Below, piece after piece: positions 19,280-28,410 of a stretch of 64,000 nucleotides of DNA. The notes below the pieces were generated by a model. The model made no database searches, was not told where the DNA came from, and worked only from the letters and a program-made list of their open reading frames with translations. This DNA comes from a virus. Numbering within the stretch: the first letter of the stretch is position 1; each line of letters opens with the position of its first letter. Position numbers and translations under genes: made by a program. The DNA lies in the IMG/VR virus record IMGVR_UViG_3300029319_000007; one strand, given 5' to 3'.

Positions 19280-19939
19280 CTATCTCCATGGTTGTCCTAG
19301 ATTCCAAACTACTAATGAATATCTAGTTCCTTTTGTCACTGGTGCAACTCTATGCCACACAAAACTTGGAAAAACAATAATAGAACCACGAGGTCTAATC
19401 TCTGTACATTCATGTATTGCTTTCTTTTTATCTTGTTCCCAATCTTTTTGATTTCTCATATCAAATTCTAAATTACCACCTGTATACTCATCAGGTTCAG
19501 ACAATGATATCGTCACAGATAACTTTCTTATTTTACCGTGTGAGTTAGGATCATCTGGTTTATTATAAGGAACATCCCAACTATCACAATGCCAACCATA
19601 ATATTGACCAGGACCATATCTTGTGAATTGACAAGATTCAGAAAAATCCCAATCAAAGTTCCAACCTGCTTTTTCGTTTGCTTCTCTAACATATGGATGT
19701 ATTTCTTTATACAACCATGCGTCATTCATCCAAACGATATCAGATTTTCTTTTTACATGAAGTTTTTTAAGTGCTGACTTTTTGAAAGTGCCGTCTTTCT
19801 TAACATTGTTTTCGTTTGCTTCTGCACCACCTGTGACAGCAATTTCAGGTTTGTGTCTTTTTCCATATTCAATTATTTCATCACATGTACGAGGAGTTAA
19901 TGCTGATTGAAAATAATAATAGTAGTTTCTTAAATTCAT
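19280..19939 (-). CDS. 2OG-Fe(II) oxygenase, prolyl-4-hydroxylase/PKHD-like (HxD)
   Basis: QFTRY..GQYYGWHCD, RKLSVTI, YTGG.L, FPSFVWHRV.PVTKGTRYSLV. Confidence 0.92.
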   Translation of the reverse strand: MNLRNYYYYFQSALTPRTCDEIIEYGKRHKPEIAVTGGAEANENNVKKDGTFKKSALKKLHVKRKSDIVWMNDAWLYKEIHPYVREANEKAGWNFDWDFSESCQFTRYGPGQYYGWHCDSWDVPYNKPDDPNSHGKIRKLSVTISLSEPDEYTGGNLEFDMRNQKDWEQDKKKAIHECTEIRPRGSIIVFPSFVWHRVAPVTKGTRYSLVVWNLGQPWR

Positions 19940-19944
19940 TTTAT

Positions 19945-19983
19945 AATCACCTTTTTAATATATAGTAGTCTTAAAAAAGACTA
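19945..19983 (-). promoter_or_regulatory. Conserved intergenic element, copy 1 (hairpin, TATATA box, AAGGTGA SD)
   Basis: Near-identical to 24232-24270; TAGTCT/AGACTA stem. Confidence 0.7.
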
Positions 19984-19984
19984 A

Positions 19985-21427
19985 TTAATTCTGATACTTA
20001 TATCTAATTATAACGACACCTGATCCACCTGCAAGACCATTACCTCCTGGAGCAGCAGCACCTGGTCCGCCTGAACCTCTATTTGCTGTACCAGCAGTTC
20101 CTGCCGCTGTACCACCTGTTCCAGCAGTACCGTCACCACAGTTACCTCTTGCGGCACCTCCGCCAGCATAACCTACACTTGAACCTGTAATTTGTGTGGT
20201 TGCACCATTACCGCCAGGTCCACCTGTATTAGTTCCTGTCATACCACCTCTTGCGGCAATACCGCCTCCGCCGCCTCCGCTTTGGTCGCCTGAACCTGGA
20301 TTGCCTGGGTGTATGCCACCAGCACCACCTTTACTACCTTGTTCAGGACTTACAGGAGGTGTATTACCTGCACCACCGCCTCTTGCACAAGTACCTGGGC
20401 CGGTACCACCTCCGCCGCCTCCACCGCCGCTTCCGCCGGGTTGACCTGGAAAGATTGTACCATTACCTGGAGGAGAACCTCCTCCTCCACCTCCGCCACC
20501 TGCGGATGTGATTGTACTGAAAACTGAATTACCACCATTTGATCCTATTGATGGTGGTTGTGGCGTTGAAGGATGTCCTGTGCCTGCGGATCCTCCTCCA
20601 CCTACTGTGATTGGATATGTTGCAGCTGGAACTGCAAGACCATCTGGTGCGACAATTGGACTTGGTGAAGAAGTGTATGAATCAAATGCTGGTGCTTTAC
20701 CTTCACGATAACCTCCAGCACCTGCACCGCCACCACGGTTACTTGCTTGAGATCCTCCACCTCCACCGCCGCCTCCAACGACTAGATAAGAAACTTTATT
20801 ACTACCTGAGGCATTACCAGCACACGAAACTATAAAGTTTGCGTCACCAGTAAATGTATGTATTTTAAAATCACCTGATGTAGTGACTGTGCCGCCTGTA
20901 GCAGTCACATATTTTGAAGTGAGATTAGCAACATTACTTTCATTTGTAAATAACCAACCTTTTGTTGAATCAATGTAAACTAGTGTTAGAGAAGCACGAT
21001 TTGTGTCTATTACAGCGTCAACAGCAACACCTTGTATGTTGTGACTATTTCTTTGAATAGTAAGATTATTTGTACCAAAGTTAGCAGCATAATCTTTGAT
21101 TGATACCATATCTCCTGCACTTGCACTTGCAGGTAATTTTACAAGACCAGCAGCACTTGAATTATTTACGAAATATCCTCTACCTGCAACCATAGTAGTG
21201 ACTGTACTTCCGTCTGATACAACGACTGCTTGCCATTGAACAGGCGGTACAGTACCACTTGCACCTAGTGCTATTGACTGTCCGTTTACTGTAATACTTG
21301 AATTTGATAATTTTGCATTAGCGATTGAACCCGCTAATTTTGCACTTGTTATAGTACCAGGTGCGATATCTGCCGCTGCTACTGAACAATCTACTAAACC
21401 TTTTGTGCCTATCTGATCTACTGCCAT
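19985..21427 (-). CDS. Gly/Pro-rich adhesin-like fibre protein, paralog A
   Basis: LAGSIANAKL, a gp34-N-like LPASASAGD..IKDYA domain, poly-Gly blocks, GNTPPVSP.QG, C-terminal GGSGVVIIRYK. Confidence 0.8.
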   Translation of the reverse strand: MAVDQIGTKGLVDCSVAAADIAPGTITSAKLAGSIANAKLSNSSITVNGQSIALGASGTVPPVQWQAVVVSDGSTVTTMVAGRGYFVNNSSAAGLVKLPASASAGDMVSIKDYAANFGTNNLTIQRNSHNIQGVAVDAVIDTNRASLTLVYIDSTKGWLFTNESNVANLTSKYVTATGGTVTTSGDFKIHTFTGDANFIVSCAGNASGSNKVSYLVVGGGGGGGGSQASNRGGGAGAGGYREGKAPAFDSYTSSPSPIVAPDGLAVPAATYPITVGGGGSAGTGHPSTPQPPSIGSNGGNSVFSTITSAGGGGGGGGSPPGNGTIFPGQPGGSGGGGGGGGTGPGTCARGGGAGNTPPVSPEQGSKGGAGGIHPGNPGSGDQSGGGGGGIAARGGMTGTNTGGPGGNGATTQITGSSVGYAGGGAARGNCGDGTAGTGGTAAGTAGTANRGSGGPGAAAPGGNGLAGGSGVVIIRYKYQN

Positions 21428-21432
21428 AATAC

Positions 21433-21440
21433 TATTTATA
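21433..21440 (-). promoter_or_regulatory. Late promoter TATAAATA, 5 nt from ATG
   Basis: TATAAATA-GTATT-ATG. Confidence 0.75.
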
Positions 21441-21444
21441 CCCC

Positions 21445-22839
21445 TTATGATCCTTCTTGATATCTATATCTTAAAACTACTATACCTGAACCACCATTCG
21501 AACCTGCGGCACCTGAACCAGTTGCACCACCGCCACCGCCTCCTCTATTTGCTGTGCCTGCTGTACTTGCTTGTGGTGTTGAAGGTCCGCCACCAGTACC
21601 ACCTCCGCCTGGACCACCGGCACCAGGACCACAAGGTGAACCGCCACCGCCACCACCTGCATAAGTGACTGACGAAGCAGTTATTGAGTTTGCAGTACCA
21701 TTACCCCCATTACCTCCAGCATTAGAAGCATCGGGACCTGGTGTGCCTGCAGTAGCAGCACCGCCGCCACCTCCACCACCATCACCACCCGAAGGTGGGT
21801 ATGGCGCACCATTACCACCATTGTTGCCTTGAGGTGGACTTACTGGCGGTGTATTACCTGTACCACCTGTTTTAGTGCTGCCACCTTTGGCACCACCGCC
21901 ACCTGATCCGCCATTTTGGCCTGCACCGTATGAACCGTTTGCGTCTGAACCACCTCCACCTCCCCCAGCAGATGTGATCGTACTAAAAACTGAATTTGAA
22001 CCGTTGCCACCATAATTGTTTGCTGGTGGACCTTTACCTGCACCGCCACCACCTACTGTGATAGGATAAGTTGTTGCTGATGATAATGTTAAACCACAAC
22101 CAGGAAAATCATGTCTGAATCCTCCTGCACCTCCACCACCAGAGTTATCACAACCTCCGCCACCACCACCGGCGACTACAAGATATTGAACTTTATTTGT
22201 ACTACCAGTACCAACACCATTTGCTAAAGTAGAAACAATAAAGTTTCCACTACCAGTGAATGTGTGTATCTTATCATTACCTGATGTTGTGATCGTACCA
22301 CCTGTCGCAGTTAGATATTGGGGTCCTTGTAAATTTCCTACATTGTGTTCATCTGTGAATAACCAACCTTTTGTACTATCTACATAAACTAAAACAACAC
22401 TAGCACGATCAGTTTCTAATATTGCGTCAGCAGCAGTACCTTGTATGTTGTGACTATTTCTTTGTATTGTTAAATTATTAGTGCCAAAGTTTTCTGAATA
22501 ATCTTTTATTGCAATTGTATCACCTCGTGAAGCACTCGCAGGTAATTTTACTAAACCTGCAGCACTAGCGTTATCTACGAAATAACCACGACCTGCGACC
22601 ATAGTAGTCACAGTAGAACCGTCTGATGTAATCTTTGATTGCCAATCTTGTAAATTAAGAGCGTTATCAGAACCACCTAGTGATATTGCCTCACCACCTA
22701 TTGTGATTGTGGTATTTGCTAGTTTATCATTACCTATAGAACCTGCTAGTTTTGCATTAGTAATAGTGCCAGGGGCAAAATCTGCTGCCGCTACTGAGCA
22801 ATCTACAATGCCTCTAGAACCTATCTTAGAAATCGCCAT
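21445..22839 (-). CDS. Gly/Pro-rich adhesin-like fibre protein, paralog B
   Basis: Same architecture as paralog A. Confidence 0.8.
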   Translation of the reverse strand: MAISKIGSRGIVDCSVAAADFAPGTITNAKLAGSIGNDKLANTTITIGGEAISLGGSDNALNLQDWQSKITSDGSTVTTMVAGRGYFVDNASAAGLVKLPASASRGDTIAIKDYSENFGTNNLTIQRNSHNIQGTAADAILETDRASVVLVYVDSTKGWLFTDEHNVGNLQGPQYLTATGGTITTSGNDKIHTFTGSGNFIVSTLANGVGTGSTNKVQYLVVAGGGGGGCDNSGGGGAGGFRHDFPGCGLTLSSATTYPITVGGGGAGKGPPANNYGGNGSNSVFSTITSAGGGGGGSDANGSYGAGQNGGSGGGGAKGGSTKTGGTGNTPPVSPPQGNNGGNGAPYPPSGGDGGGGGGGAATAGTPGPDASNAGGNGGNGTANSITASSVTYAGGGGGGSPCGPGAGGPGGGGTGGGPSTPQASTAGTANRGGGGGGATGSGAAGSNGGSGIVVLRYRYQEGS

Positions 22840-22844
22840 GAAAC

Positions 22845-22852
22845 TATTTATA
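22845..22852 (-). promoter_or_regulatory. Late promoter TATAAATA, 5 nt from ATG
   Basis: TATAAATA-GTTTC-ATG. Confidence 0.75.
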
Positions 22853-22854
22853 AT

Positions 22855-23379
22855 TTATGATACACTTATATCCCAAGATATTATTCTTTTAATTTTCTTA
22901 CTTTCATTAGGTGGACTAAAATGTTGAATAAATTGAGGTACTACAACGATTGTGCCTTCTTGTACTGGTATAGGATAATATACTGTTCTATCAGATACAT
23001 AATCATTCCAAGGTTGCATATAGTTTGTCATAGGTGCGTCTTTAGGTTGATCAAGATATAATATACCCGATAGACCTGTTGAACCGTGATTATGTACAGA
23101 ATGATAATCACCTTTCTTATAACTTACTGACCATGCGTCATCTATTCTAATATCTCTTTGAAGTTTATCAGATAACATTGTTAATTCTTCTTCTAGTATA
23201 ACAATTAAATCTTCTTTAAATTGAATACGAGGCGATTGTCTGTTTGTAGAAAAAGTTTGTATGCCATGTTTACTTTCAGGATGTCTTTTACATAGTGATT
23301 GTAATTTCTTTTTCTTTTCTTTAAAGTTTATAGTAGGTATTGTCCAATAAGGTATATTGAACATTGTCTCTTGAATCAT
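22855..23379 (-). CDS. 2OG-Fe(II) oxygenase (HxH type)
   Basis: WSVSY.KGDYHSVHNH..LSGILYL, EGTIVVVP.FIQH, RIISW. Confidence 0.85.
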   Translation of the reverse strand: MIQETMFNIPYWTIPTINFKEKKKKLQSLCKRHPESKHGIQTFSTNRQSPRIQFKEDLIVILEEELTMLSDKLQRDIRIDDAWSVSYKKGDYHSVHNHGSTGLSGILYLDQPKDAPMTNYMQPWNDYVSDRTVYYPIPVQEGTIVVVPQFIQHFSPPNESKKIKRIISWDISVS

Positions 23380-23588
23380 TCTTCTTCTCCTGCACCACTA
23401 ATTATGCTCATGACAGTATCAAAATTTTCTTCTACTGTCCAACTATTATCAGGCGTCCATAGTGTTGTATGTTTACCCTCATCAGATTTCATTACATCTT
23501 CAAAAATAGATTGTACTTTTGTTATGTCGATTGCAAGTTTTTTACCTTCAAAAGGTGCACTTGCATTTGTAAATATTCTAAACTTCAT
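23376..23588 (-). CDS. Small protein, weakly FlbD/SwrD-like
   Basis: Pattern AIDITKVQSIFE...TTL......VEENFDTV..II; GGAG SD. Confidence 0.4.
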   Translation of the reverse strand: MKFRIFTNASAPFEGKKLAIDITKVQSIFEDVMKSDEGKHTTLWTPDNSWTVEENFDTVMSIISGAGEEE

Positions 23589-23597
23589 TATATACTC

Positions 23598-24227
23598 CTA
23601 AAAATAAGTTTCTGGTAATTGTTTTCTGTTCATTATTCTTAAATTTCCTGATACACTTACTCTTGTACAATCAGATTTATATGGTAAAACCCAATGTTGT
23701 AGTAATGCAGGAAAAATATACATATCACCTGTTTGAGGTAATATTGCATGACCTGTTGTTGCCCATGGTGGGCGTGACATAGTGCCATATTCAAATTGCA
23801 AAGAACCTGGTTTTGTTCCTGTGCCTTCAAACTCTTTTATTTCTTTTTCTATTTCTTCAGGTACATCTACAAATATAACAAAAGAAAAATCACCACCATG
23901 TGTATGTAAAGGATTAAAATCACCTGGTCTCATAAAGTTAACCCATAAATCATCATATGCAATATGCACTTCTCTTTTTTCTAAACCGTGATATTCTAAA
24001 TGACCTTGTCTATATGCGTCAAAAATAGGGGATACTTGTTTATAAAACCAATCTGTGGTTTCATCATTATACTTGACTTGTCTTTTTACATGACCTGCAA
24101 GTTTCTTGTGATAAGATTCTAAATCTTTCTTACCGTCTTCGTGTAGTCTTTCTATTATATGATTGTCTATCTTTGTTGATCCTACATAAGGACCCCAATG
24201 TAAATAACGCATATTAATATTTTTCAT
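23598..24227 (-). CDS. 2OG-Fe(II) oxygenase (HxH type)
   Basis: WVNFMRPGDFNPLHTH, GDMYIFPALLQHWV, RVSVSGN. Confidence 0.88.
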   Translation of the reverse strand: MKNINMRYLHWGPYVGSTKIDNHIIERLHEDGKKDLESYHKKLAGHVKRQVKYNDETTDWFYKQVSPIFDAYRQGHLEYHGLEKREVHIAYDDLWVNFMRPGDFNPLHTHGGDFSFVIFVDVPEEIEKEIKEFEGTGTKPGSLQFEYGTMSRPPWATTGHAILPQTGDMYIFPALLQHWVLPYKSDCTRVSVSGNLRIMNRKQLPETYF

Positions 24228-24231
24228 TTCA

Positions 24232-24270
24232 AATCACCTTTATATTATATAGTAGTCTAAAAAAAGACTA
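24232..24270 (-). promoter_or_regulatory. Conserved intergenic element, copy 2
   Basis: Near-identical to 19945-19983; includes a 16-mer also present at 6478-6493. Confidence 0.7.
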
Positions 24271-25713
24271 TTATTGAGACTTGTATCTTATGATAACAAT
24301 TCCTGAACCACCTGCAGCACCTGGCGCACTATTACCGCCTGACGCCCCACCAGCACCACCTCCTGTATTAGCAGAACCTGCATTACCGTTTTGTGTTGCT
24401 TGAGGTGTTGGTGAACCTTGAGTGACACCGTAACCACCAGCACCACCGCCACCTGAACCGCCTGCCGCTTGAACTGGTGCAAAAGGCGAAACACTTGGGT
24501 TATTCGAATAACGAGAACCCCCACCGCCGCCACCTGCTCGTGTGACATTTGAACCTGTTATAGTATTTGGTGAACCAGCGCCACCTGCACCTCCACCACC
24601 AGGAGATGAATCTCCATTACCAGCAGCGCCACCTGCACCGCCACCACCTCCACTTGTTGCTTGAGGAGTAGGTCCTGTGCCTGTGCCACCATTATTACCT
24701 TGTGAAGGACTTACTGGAGGTGTGTTGCCTGAACCACCTGATGTGCCTGGTCCACTTGCACCCCCACCTGATCCGCCATCACTACCATTTGTGACTTCTT
24801 TACCACCTTTACCACCACCAGTAGATGTAATTGTTGAGAAAACTGAATTTGATCCATTACCAGCACAGTTTGCAAAAGCGTTTGGCGCCCCAGCAGTACC
24901 ACCTGCACCTACTGTAATAGGATATGTTTGAACTGATACAGGAAAAGCACCTGCATTACAACCAGGACTAGGAAAAGATGTTCTATGACCACCTGCACCT
25001 CCGCCACCGCCACCTGATCCGCCACCACCAGCGACTACTAAGTAATCTACTGCTGTTGACCCAGCAGGTAAACCTGCGTTTGATACGACAAAGTTTCCAT
25101 CACCTGTAAATGTGTGAACTCTAAAATCTCCTGTTGTTGTGACTGTGCCACCTGTTGCCTCTACAAAAGGTGTTTGTAAAGAAGTAATATTACTTTCATT
25201 ATAATACAACCAACCTTTTGTTGCGTCAACATATACTAATCTGATTGACGCTTTATCTGTTTTTAATAAACCATTAGCAGTATTACCTTGTATCTTATGA
25301 CCATTGCGATTAATTGTCACACCATTTGAACCAAATGTGCCTGCATAATCTTTTATTGCGATATAATGACCTGCACTTGCACTACTAGGTAATGTGACTG
25401 TGTGTGTTGCTGATGATGTATCTATAAAATAACCACGACCTGAAACCATTGTAGTCGTTGTAGATCCGTCTGCTGTTATAACTGCTTGCCAATCTATAGT
25501 TGGCACACTACCTGAAGCACCTAATGTTATTGATTGACCACCAACTGTTATAGCACTATTTGCCAATTTAGCGTTTGCAATAGAACCTGCAAGTTTTGCT
25601 GTTGCGATAGAACCTGGTGCAATATCTGCTGTTCTTAATGTTCCGTCATCAATCTTTGCTGCTGTGACTGAACTATCTGTTAAACCTGATGTTGTGACTT
25701 TAGTTATTGCCAT
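24271..25713 (-). CDS. Gly/Pro-rich adhesin-like fibre protein, paralog C
   Basis: Same architecture: SVFSTITS.GGG, GNTPPVSPSQG, GSGIVIIRYK. Confidence 0.8.
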   Translation of the reverse strand: MAITKVTTSGLTDSSVTAAKIDDGTLRTADIAPGSIATAKLAGSIANAKLANSAITVGGQSITLGASGSVPTIDWQAVITADGSTTTTMVSGRGYFIDTSSATHTVTLPSSASAGHYIAIKDYAGTFGSNGVTINRNGHKIQGNTANGLLKTDKASIRLVYVDATKGWLYYNESNITSLQTPFVEATGGTVTTTGDFRVHTFTGDGNFVVSNAGLPAGSTAVDYLVVAGGGGSGGGGGGAGGHRTSFPSPGCNAGAFPVSVQTYPITVGAGGTAGAPNAFANCAGNGSNSVFSTITSTGGGKGGKEVTNGSDGGSGGGASGPGTSGGSGNTPPVSPSQGNNGGTGTGPTPQATSGGGGGAGGAAGNGDSSPGGGGAGGAGSPNTITGSNVTRAGGGGGGSRYSNNPSVSPFAPVQAAGGSGGGGAGGYGVTQGSPTPQATQNGNAGSANTGGGAGGASGGNSAPGAAGGSGIVIIRYKSQ

Positions 25714-25715
25714 TT

Positions 25716-27221
25716 TTATCCTGACTGATACTTATATCTTACTATTACTACGCCTGAACCTCCAGCGCCGCCTGGGTTAGAACTACCACCACAGAATCCT
25801 GGTGAACTACCTGCACCTCCACCGCCCCCTTTATTAGCAGAACCAGCGTTGCCTGCAGTATTTCCTGATGGACCTGAAGCACCTCCGCCACCAGGACCAG
25901 CAGAACCTTGATCATATGAAACTCCGTGTATCGCACAAGCAGTACCACCGCCACCACCAGCATATCCTACAGGAGAACCTGTGATATGAGTAGTTGCACC
26001 GTTACCGCCATTACCAGCAACACCAGAACCTCCAGCAGAACCACCGTTACCGCCAGCGCCTCCACCACCACCTGAACCTGGTGTGTTAGTCGCATAATTA
26101 CCTTGACCACCTGGATTGCCTTGTGATGGACTCACGGGTGGTGTATTACCTGCACCAACAACTGCTCTTGGAGGTGGACTACTATTTTGTCCTGCACCAC
26201 CGCCTGAACCACCAGCGCCGCCGTCTGCAACTGGATTAGGTTGAGCGTCTCCTTGTTTTGCACCAGAACCGCCACCGGCAGATGTGATTGTACTAAAAAC
26301 TGAATTTGAACCTGCGTTTCCTCTACTACTACCAGGATGTGGACTACCACCTGCACCACCGCCACCTACTGTGACTGGATAAGAACCAGGCGAAGCAGAA
26401 ACAGTTAAACCTGCTGGTGCGTTTAGAGGAGAAACTGTGTATGAAGATTTAGGTGCGTCTTTACCTTCTCTAAATCCTCCAGCACCACCACCGGCGCCAC
26501 CAGCGCCTGCACCTGAACCACCACCTGCAATGACTAGATATGAAACTTTATCCCCACCACCAGCAGAATTACCTACTGACGCAACAGAGAAAGTGCCATC
26601 ACCTGTGAAAGTGTGTATCTTATCATTACCTGAAGTTGTGACTGTGCCACCTGTAGCAGATGTGAATGTTGCTTTTTGTAGATCAGAAACATCATGTTCG
26701 TCTGTGAATAACCAACCTTTTGTACTATCTACATAAACCATTGTGACTGACTTACGATTAGTTTTTAATAAACTATCAGCAGCAAGACCTTGTATGTTAT
26801 GACTATTTCTTTGTACTGTCGTATTATTAGTGCCAAAATTACCAGCATAATCTTTAATAATAATTGTATCACCTCTAGAAGCACTCGCAGGTAATTTTAC
26901 TAAACCAGCAGCACTAGAGTTATCTACAAAATATCCTTGACCTGCAACCATTGTAGTCACAGTAGAACCATCAGAAGTAATCTTTGATTGCCAATCTACA
27001 TCAACACCTACAGTATGTGAACCACCCAAAGAAACTGAGGTTCCTCTAATTGTTATTGCTGAGTTTGCTAATTTTGCATTTGTGATTGCGTCATCTGCTA
27101 ATCTATCTGACGCTACATTACAATCAGGAAAGTCTGCGGCAACAAGAACTCCGTCAGCAACTTTTGCTGCTGTGACAGCACTTGAATCTAATGCGTTTTT
27201 AGGAAGTTTCGTTATTGCCAT
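25716..27221 (-). CDS. Gly/Pro-rich adhesin-like fibre protein, paralog D
   Basis: Same architecture. Confidence 0.8.
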   Translation of the reverse strand: MAITKLPKNALDSSAVTAAKVADGVLVAADFPDCNVASDRLADDAITNAKLANSAITIRGTSVSLGGSHTVGVDVDWQSKITSDGSTVTTMVAGQGYFVDNSSAAGLVKLPASASRGDTIIIKDYAGNFGTNNTTVQRNSHNIQGLAADSLLKTNRKSVTMVYVDSTKGWLFTDEHDVSDLQKATFTSATGGTVTTSGNDKIHTFTGDGTFSVASVGNSAGGGDKVSYLVIAGGGSGAGAGGAGGGAGGFREGKDAPKSSYTVSPLNAPAGLTVSASPGSYPVTVGGGGAGGSPHPGSSRGNAGSNSVFSTITSAGGGSGAKQGDAQPNPVADGGAGGSGGGAGQNSSPPPRAVVGAGNTPPVSPSQGNPGGQGNYATNTPGSGGGGGAGGNGGSAGGSGVAGNGGNGATTHITGSPVGYAGGGGGTACAIHGVSYDQGSAGPGGGGASGPSGNTAGNAGSANKGGGGGAGSSPGFCGGSSNPGGAGGSGVVIVRYKYQSG

Positions 27222-27226
27222 ATGAC

Positions 27227-27234
27227 TATTTATA
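27227..27234 (-). promoter_or_regulatory. Late promoter TATAAATA, 5 nt from ATG
   Basis: TATAAATA-GTCAT-ATG. Confidence 0.75.
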
Positions 27235-27790
27235 TCAATTGATAGTGAGTTGATAAATTTACAAGAAACCCACTATTTTTGTTTGTTTCAATATAATGTT
27301 CAATATCTGAACTAAACAATATAAATTGATTATATTTTATCTCTTGTTTCCACAATCTATGTTTATTTCTACCATCATCATATTTAAATATCACATTACA
27401 TGGTTCTGGTGTTTCTGATACACAATATAAACAAGATATATCTGGTGAGTTTTCTAAATCCCATGGATTTACATGATTATGATAATTAATATTTTCACCT
27501 GATTGTTGAATGATTGCTCGAACATTTAAATCTGTTTTAGTTGGAGGAACAAGTGTTCTACCATGCAATTCTCTAAAATGATCTCTTATGTAATCAAAGA
27601 ACCATTGTATGTGTTGATGATACGGTAAAGCGATATAATCATCTAAATGCCAAAATTGATCGTCTGTAAGTTTGTTTTCTAAACTAAAATTAGTTAAACA
27701 ATGATTTTCAATTAGTTTTGGTTTTAAAAATGAGATATCACTTACCGTACCTGCGACTAAAAATTTTTCGCTTAAAAGTATTTTTTCCAT
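27230..27790 (-). CDS. Divergent 2OG-Fe(II) oxygenase-like protein (HxH)
   Basis: YHNH...SPDISCLYCV...FILFSSDIEHYI..N. Confidence 0.7.
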   Translation of the reverse strand: MEKILLSEKFLVAGTVSDISFLKPKLIENHCLTNFSLENKLTDDQFWHLDDYIALPYHQHIQWFFDYIRDHFRELHGRTLVPPTKTDLNVRAIIQQSGENINYHNHVNPWDLENSPDISCLYCVSETPEPCNVIFKYDDGRNKHRLWKQEIKYNQFILFSSDIEHYIETNKNSGFLVNLSTHYQLI

Positions 27791-27808
27791 AACAACACCA
27801 TAACAATC

Positions 27809-28348
27809 TTATTGTGCAGCCCAAGATTTAGATGAACTATTCCATTCATATACTTTTGAAGTATCTGAACTTGCAGGTCTAGTTGCTTCCCAACCTTTTG
27901 CATTGTTTGCTTGATATGCTGCTTCATCCCAATAGATACTATATCTTTGAGTTGAACTATCTGTTTCTGTATAAGTCTCTACAGTTGGATAAGTTATTGG
28001 TGCATCCCAACCAGCAGTTGATGTATTCTTCGACCAACTAGTATATGGTTGTGGACCAAAAAATAATTGATTATCTTCATCCCATGAGTAACCTACACCT
28101 GCATAGTTGCCTCTAAATGCTTTTGATTGATCACTAGACAGATTGCCATCAGCGTCATAGTGTTTTCCACCTCTAGTGTTATAAGATGTTTGAATCCACA
28201 TTTGGGCAGGCCATCCGTGTATCTCTTGTAATCTTTGTTGACCTACTGATTCATCTTCTTGATTATCAGCATTCAACATATCACTATTATTCAAAACATG
28301 AACAGCGATTACTTTACCGTTCACACCTAGTTTTGCAAAATGTGCCAT
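27809..28348 (-). CDS. Conserved phage protein often adjacent to Gly-rich fibre genes (possible adaptor/chaperone)
   Basis: MAHFAKL, WIQTSYN, FRGNYAG.GY, PQPY.SW, W.API.YP; strong AAGGAG SD. Confidence 0.6.
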   Translation of the reverse strand: MAHFAKLGVNGKVIAVHVLNNSDMLNADNQEDESVGQQRLQEIHGWPAQMWIQTSYNTRGGKHYDADGNLSSDQSKAFRGNYAGVGYSWDEDNQLFFGPQPYTSWSKNTSTAGWDAPITYPTVETYTETDSSTQRYSIYWDEAAYQANNAKGWEATRPASSDTSKVYEWNSSSKSWAAQ

Positions 28349-28410
28349 TTTATTCTCCTTTTAATTATGAACTACCTCTCACAAGTCAGTCCAATATTAT
28401 ACTAAACTAT

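Noticed and set aside
20196-26365. Alternate-frame Pro-rich or Val-rich ORFs in the Gly-rich genes
   Set aside because: Expected by-products of GGN codon runs
28349-28410. Possible structured RNA in the intergenic gap
   Set aside because: Only a weak G-U-rich stem; explained by a late box plus SD leader
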